Part shown: one piece after another, positions 59,427 through 64,000 of the stretch
Layout: each line of letters opens with the position of its first letter
Position numbering within the stretch: the stretch's first letter is position 1
Source of the DNA: Patescibacteria group bacterium
GTDB taxonomy: Bacteria; Patescibacteriota; WWE3; UBA101185; UBA10185
DNA length: 64,000 nt
Assembly: GCA_026004595.1 (NCBI GenBank)
Contig: BPJL01000004.1
Coordinates: 11,919-75,918 of the forward strand
Direction: 5' to 3'
Notes under the pieces: model-generated
What the model saw: the letters and a program-made list of their open reading frames with translations, nothing else
Databases searched by the model: none
Told to the model about the DNA's origin: nothing
Program-made: the position numbers and the translations under genes

Positions 59427-60299
59427 ATGCCCTCGACAAAAAAACTGTCTAAACATAATGAAATTGAAGAGTTAGCACTCATCGCAAACAATCTCAGGAA
59501 AACCATTATCAACATGCTATTAGAAGCCGGAAGCGGCCATCCCGCAAGTTCTCTGGGAATGGCAGATATTTTCGCCGCACTATATTTCAAGATCCTAAAC
59601 ATAGATCCTAAAAATCCGAATGACCTTGATAGAGATAGATTTGTCCTGTCCAACGGCCACATTTGCCCTCTATGGTACGCCACACTCGCCGAACGCGGTT
59701 ATTTTTCCAAAGCCAAACTAAAGGATTTGAGGAAACTTGGATCCGAATTGCAGGGACACCCAAAGTTCGGGGCCCTCTCCGGCATAGAAAACTCGAGCGG
59801 CTCACTTGGCCAGGGGTTGTCTCAAGCTGCAGGAATGGCCCTGGCCGCTAAAATTCAAGGCAAAAAATACCGCGTATATGTTGCCACCGGCGACGGAGAG
59901 TTGCAGGAAGGCCAAATATGGGAAGCCGCAATGTTCGCCCCCAACAAAAAACTTGATAATCTTACGTGGATAATTGACCGCAACAACATACAAATAGATG
60001 GCTATACCGAAGATATAATGCCTCTTGAAAACCTTCGCAGCAAACTTGAAAGCTTTAATTGGTATGTGATAGAAATAGACGGCCATAATATCGAAGAAAT
60101 AATTAGCGCTTGCAACATGGCCAAGTCGGTAAGCCAAAGACCGACGGCGATCATCGCTCATACCATACCGGGTAGAGGTGTAGAATTTATGGAGTATAAA
60201 TTTGAATGGCATGGAAAGGTTCCATCCAAAGAACAGGCTTTGAAGGCAGTGAAAAGTCTGGCATCATTGGAAGGCAGAATAAAGTCCGATTATGACTAA
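59427..60299 (+). CDS. Transketolase N-terminal subunit
   Basis: SGHP, DRDRFVLSNGH, LQGHP, GSLGQG, GDGELQEG, DGH. Confidence 0.95.
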   Translation: MPSTKKLSKHNEIEELALIANNLRKTIINMLLEAGSGHPASSLGMADIFAALYFKILNIDPKNPNDLDRDRFVLSNGHICPLWYATLAERGYFSKAKLKDLRKLGSELQGHPKFGALSGIENSSGSLGQGLSQAAGMALAAKIQGKKYRVYVATGDGELQEGQIWEAAMFAPNKKLDNLTWIIDRNNIQIDGYTEDIMPLENLRSKLESFNWYVIEIDGHNIEEIISACNMAKSVSQRPTAIIAHTIPGRGVEFMEYKFEWHGKVPSKEQALKAVKSLASLEGRIKSDYD

Positions 60300-60885
60300 A
60301 AAATCAAGAACAACACTTAACATGAGTCTGATCCCTTTGGTGGTCATTGTATTGCTAATGCTGGGAGCAGGCTACTTTTTGCTTCAAGGAGAGATAAAAA
60401 TTCCGAGGCTTAAAAAAGATACCGAAATAAGAAGGCTGGACGGCTTTCCCACAACAATCACCACAGAGAGGCCGCTTGAAAAACAGCGCCGAGTTATTAA
60501 ATCAAAAGAGGAGCTGGCAGAATTTCTGAACTACATTGATCCGACAGGGTTGACTGAGGTAAGAGATCCCGTAAACTTTGACCGCGAATATTTGCTGGCA
60601 GTTTCAACGGACTTGCAGGATGAAACCGGCCACAAAATGAGGATAAAGAAAGTTTACGAAGACAAAAACAAAAGACATTTGCTTGTTTTAATAGAAGAGA
60701 CCAACAAAGGAAACAATTGCGAGGTAGAGGCCGAGAGCAACATTGCCGCCGATGTGGTAGCCATATCAAAAACGGACTATGAAATCAGCTTTGACCGTGT
60801 AACTAAAGTGGAAGATTGCGAAGAAAAGGAGAGTTCGGAAGGTGCGGCCGAGACCAAACAACAAACCACCACCGAAACTCAGTAA
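60292..60885 (+). CDS. Membrane-anchored protein with PrcB C-terminal-like domain
   Basis: N-terminal TM; VNFDREYLLAV......TGH.MRIKKV pattern; Cys pair. Confidence 0.5.
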   Translation: MTKKSRTTLNMSLIPLVVIVLLMLGAGYFLLQGEIKIPRLKKDTEIRRLDGFPTTITTERPLEKQRRVIKSKEELAEFLNYIDPTGLTEVRDPVNFDREYLLAVSTDLQDETGHKMRIKKVYEDKNKRHLLVLIEETNKGNNCEVEAESNIAADVVAISKTDYEISFDRVTKVEDCEEKESSEGAAETKQQTTTETQ

Positions 60886-60900
60886 ATCACATTCTGCCCA

Positions 60901-61887
60901 ATGCTTAATAAAGCACTAAACTTAAATCAAGACTTGTTTCTTGAAGATACAGAATTAAAATCCGGGAGAGACGGTTTTGGGGACGCTATTTTGAAGCTGG
61001 GAGGCGCCCACCCCGAAATTGTTGTGCTATCAGCAGACTTGGAAGAATCTGTACGCGTCTCGGATTTCAAAAAAAATTTCCCAGATAGATTTGTGGAGGT
61101 AGGAATTGCCGAACAAAATATGGCAAGCATCGCCGCGGGGATGGCCTTGTCTGGAATGATTCCGTTCATTACTTCTCATGCAGTTTTTTCTCCTTATGGA
61201 AATTGGAGCCAAATACGACTCTCCGTTTGTTTTAGCAACGCAAACGTAAAGATCGTTGGATCTCATTCAGGATTTTCCAACGGCCCTGATGGGGGTTCGG
61301 CCGAATCATTGGAAGATGTTGCCCTAGCTAGAGTCCTACCCAATTTAGTAGTGTTAAGCCCCATTGACTATTGGCAAACCAGACGCGCAATCGAAGCTGC
61401 AGTAAAAATAAACGGCCCTGTATATATAAGGGTGTGCAAAGAACCTACCAAGCAGATAACTACTGAAAAAACTCCGTTCGAAATAGGAGCGGGATATGTT
61501 TTGGCCGAGGGCAACGACATGACCATTTTCACTACCGGCGTCATTGCCTATGAAGCATTAGAAGCAGCAAAAGTGCTCAAGGCCGCTCACAAAGTTGACG
61601 CAGAGGTTATCTCCTTACCGACAATAAAACCAATAGATAAAAAAATCATCGTAGATTCTGCAAAAAAGACAGGCAAATGTGTGAGCCTAGAAGAACACCA
61701 AATCAACGCGGGGTTTGGTTCAGCAATTTCAGAGATTCTAGCCGAAGAGTTTCCCGTCATCAACCGAAGAATTGGCGTAAATGACACTTTTGGTGAGTCT
61801 GGAAGCTACAAGGAATTAAAAGACAAATACCAAATTAGCGCCCATCACGTGATTAATACTATACTTAGGATGTTGAAAGAAAAATGA
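60901..61887 (+). CDS. Transketolase C-terminal subunit
   Basis: LSADL, GIAEQN, GPDG, GPVYIR, TIKPID, EEHQ. Confidence 0.95.
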   Translation: MLNKALNLNQDLFLEDTELKSGRDGFGDAILKLGGAHPEIVVLSADLEESVRVSDFKKNFPDRFVEVGIAEQNMASIAAGMALSGMIPFITSHAVFSPYGNWSQIRLSVCFSNANVKIVGSHSGFSNGPDGGSAESLEDVALARVLPNLVVLSPIDYWQTRRAIEAAVKINGPVYIRVCKEPTKQITTEKTPFEIGAGYVLAEGNDMTIFTTGVIAYEALEAAKVLKAAHKVDAEVISLPTIKPIDKKIIVDSAKKTGKCVSLEEHQINAGFGSAISEILAEEFPVINRRIGVNDTFGESGSYKELKDKYQISAHHVINTILRMLKEK

Positions 61888-61888
61888 T

Positions 61889-62836
61889 ATGGATCTGCTT
61901 ACCATAGGAGACATAGCCATAGATTTGTACATGAAAATAAGTGACCGAGATGCGCTGCCCGAAGAAAGTGGGGACGGCGAACCGAAGATTTGCTTTTTTC
62001 ACGGCTCAAAAATTCCAGTTGAGCACTTTCAAACAGCAGTCGCGGGAAACTCTTTTAATGTAGCTGTGGGATGCCAAAAGCTCGGATTGAAAACAGCCAT
62101 TTACGCAGAGATCGGTGACGATGAGAATGGAGAAAAAGTCGAGAAAGAGCTGGAAAAACTAGGCATCGAAACTGACCTGTGTATAAAAACCCGGGGCGAT
62201 AATACTAATGTCAACAGTGTGATAATTTACGGGGACGATAGAACAATTTTCAGCTACCATGCAAAAAGAAACTACAAAATCAGAAAATGGAAAAAGCCCA
62301 AATGGATTTATTACACCTCAATGGGAGATGGTTTTGAAGAATTTCAAAAAGAACTACTTCAGTATATTTCTAAAAACAACGATATGGGAGTCGCTTTCAA
62401 TCCCGGGACGATACAAATGAAACACGGACTTTCGTCCTTTAAAGATTTTCTTACGATAGTAGATATCCTTTTTTTGAATAAGGAGGAGGCCACCGCGCTT
62501 GTGGGTACAGCCGATCTAGCTGAATTGCATAATAAGTTGGGGGATCTGGGTCCAAAAATGACCGTAATTACAGATTCAAAGAATGGAGCAACATGTGATG
62601 ACGGAACCGGAATGAAATACCAACCATCCTATTCGGATGAAAGACCTGTTGTCGACAAGACAGGCGCCGGAGACGCCTTCGCCTCAGGTTTTATATCAGC
62701 AGTATTTTATGGAAAACCCGCGGAAGTTGCATTGAAGTGGGGAGTTGTAAATGCAGGAAGCATAATAAAAGAAATAGGAACCACAAAGGGTTTGCGTACA
62801 AAAAATGAGATTGAGGATGTTATTAAGAAAATATGA
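61889..62836 (+). CDS. PfkB-family carbohydrate kinase
   Basis: AGNSFNVAVG, FNPG, LNKEEA, DKTGAGDAF. Confidence 0.92.
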   Translation: MDLLTIGDIAIDLYMKISDRDALPEESGDGEPKICFFHGSKIPVEHFQTAVAGNSFNVAVGCQKLGLKTAIYAEIGDDENGEKVEKELEKLGIETDLCIKTRGDNTNVNSVIIYGDDRTIFSYHAKRNYKIRKWKKPKWIYYTSMGDGFEEFQKELLQYISKNNDMGVAFNPGTIQMKHGLSSFKDFLTIVDILFLNKEEATALVGTADLAELHNKLGDLGPKMTVITDSKNGATCDDGTGMKYQPSYSDERPVVDKTGAGDAFASGFISAVFYGKPAEVALKWGVVNAGSIIKEIGTTKGLRTKNEIEDVIKKI

Positions 62837-63696
62837 AAGCAAGAGACCTGCTTAAAAAAGCAAAAGAAAAGGGAGTGGCGTTAGGTGCCTTTAATGTTGG
62901 AAACATTGAAACTTTTAAGGCTATTGTGCAAGCTGCAGAAAAACTTAGATCGCCGGTTTTGATAGAAGCATCTCCTGGAGAAGCGGCTTACATAGGATTT
63001 AGACAATTGGTCTGCCTAGCAAGAGCGTATGAGGACAAAATTCAGCTTCCGATAATTCTAAATTTTGATCATGGAGACTCGGTAGAAAACATAATCGAAG
63101 CTATACATGCCGGATTTGATTATGTTCATTACGACGGAAGTAAATTCTCATACGAAGAGAACATCGAAAACGCTTGCATTGTTGTCGAAGAGGCCCATAA
63201 AAAGGACGTTGTTGTAGAAGGTGAGATCGACCACATTGAAGGAAGTTCGGCAGATCACACTATGGAAAACACCCAGATGTATTCGAGGCCCGAGTTGTTT
63301 ACTGATCCAAGGAAAGCACAGGAGTTCGTAGCAAGAACCGGAGTGGATGTTTTCGCAAGTTTTATCGGAAACCTACACGGCGTATATGCCGATCAGATAC
63401 ACCTCAATCTAGATAAATTGAAAGCGATATCACTAGCAATACCCAACACATACCTATCCTTGCACGGCGGTTCGGGAGTTTACGATGAAGATATAAGAAA
63501 CGCGGTAAAGATGGGCATAGTTAAGATAAATGTTAACTCCGAGTTGAGAATTGCATTTAAAATGACCCTGCAGGAAGACATTAGTAAAACGACTGAGATT
63601 GCTCCGTACAAATACATGAAGCGGCCCATTGAAGAGGTACAAAAAGTTGTTGAAAGTAAAATGAAGTTATTCGGCTCTCCGGAGCTATTGAAATAA
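62833..63696 (+). CDS. fba: Class II fructose-bisphosphate aldolase
   Basis: GAFN, DHG, EGEI, GNLHG, LHGGSG, KINVNSELR. Confidence 0.93.
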   Translation: MKARDLLKKAKEKGVALGAFNVGNIETFKAIVQAAEKLRSPVLIEASPGEAAYIGFRQLVCLARAYEDKIQLPIILNFDHGDSVENIIEAIHAGFDYVHYDGSKFSYEENIENACIVVEEAHKKDVVVEGEIDHIEGSSADHTMENTQMYSRPELFTDPRKAQEFVARTGVDVFASFIGNLHGVYADQIHLNLDKLKAISLAIPNTYLSLHGGSGVYDEDIRNAVKMGIVKINVNSELRIAFKMTLQEDISKTTEIAPYKYMKRPIEEVQKVVESKMKLFGSPELLK

Positions 63697-63725
63697 TTTA
63701 TAAAGTGTTTTGATAAAATCTGGTT

Positions 63726-64000
63726 ATGAAAGCCATCAGAGAATTCATACTTAGAAACAAACAAATATTCATAACGGGGGTTGTCATCGGACTGATATTT
63801 CTATTGATTATAAGTGTCTCTTCCTCAAGAAAAGTTAGCGGACCCAAGCTGGCCCCATCGAAAACAACTTCCGAAAGTGGGGGCATAAACCAAAAAGGAC
63901 TAAATCCGGGGGCAGATTACCAGCCTAAAGGATTTTGGAATGCTCCCATTCCTCAAGAATATTATGAAAACACACAAGATGAGACTGGTGAAAAAAATGT
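63726..64000 (+). CDS. Hypothetical membrane-anchored protein (runs off window end)
   Basis: MKAIREFILRNKQIFITGVVIGLIFLLII..., preceded by TAAAAT 6 nt upstream. Confidence 0.65.
   Translation, partial: MKAIREFILRNKQIFITGVVIGLIFLLIISVSSSRKVSGPKLAPSKTTSESGGINQKGLNPGADYQPKGFWNAPIPQEYYENTQDETGEKN

Overview
This is a chromosomal segment of a reduced-genome Patescibacteria (CPR) bacterium, most likely WWE3/Katanobacteria. That call is an inference from the gene set, the intron-laden rRNAs and a 16S rRNA lacking helix 17. From left to right the window holds: argS; a natural-competence cluster (split comEC, comEA, ArsR-type regulator, comM, dprA); obg, a LysM-M23 peptidase and rho; a class F sortase with its LPxTG substrate; a surface-glycosylation region with accessory secreted proteins and structured non-coding RNA candidates; PIN-TRAM/radA/clpC/rpsA; a split rRNA locus on the minus strand; a BpsA-AdoMetDC fusion, a propeller-M23 protein, mnmA and a HEPN protein; DNA-repair genes (mutM, recF, ATP-dependent ligase); and a pentose-phosphate/sugar block. 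The rRNA locus runs 16S (1 group I intron), terminator, inverted tRNA-Ile, yvcK, tRNA-Ala, 23S (4 group I introns), 5S, then two 133-bp repeats carrying the 5S 3' end. The most notable observations are: (1) a branched-chain polyamine synthase fused to a pyruvoyl decarboxylase; (2) a group I intron with a C.A pair instead of U.G at its 5' splice site; (3) sister ribozymes at different rRNA sites sharing an internal promoter for leaderless expression of unrelated homing endonucleases; (4) three introns separated by 14- and 20-nt micro-exons; (5) 5S-linked tandem repeats; (6) a 360-nt structured leader with an rrn-like boxA. Six +1 homopolymer frameshifts are probably sequencing errors. All calls were made by eye; no searches were run.
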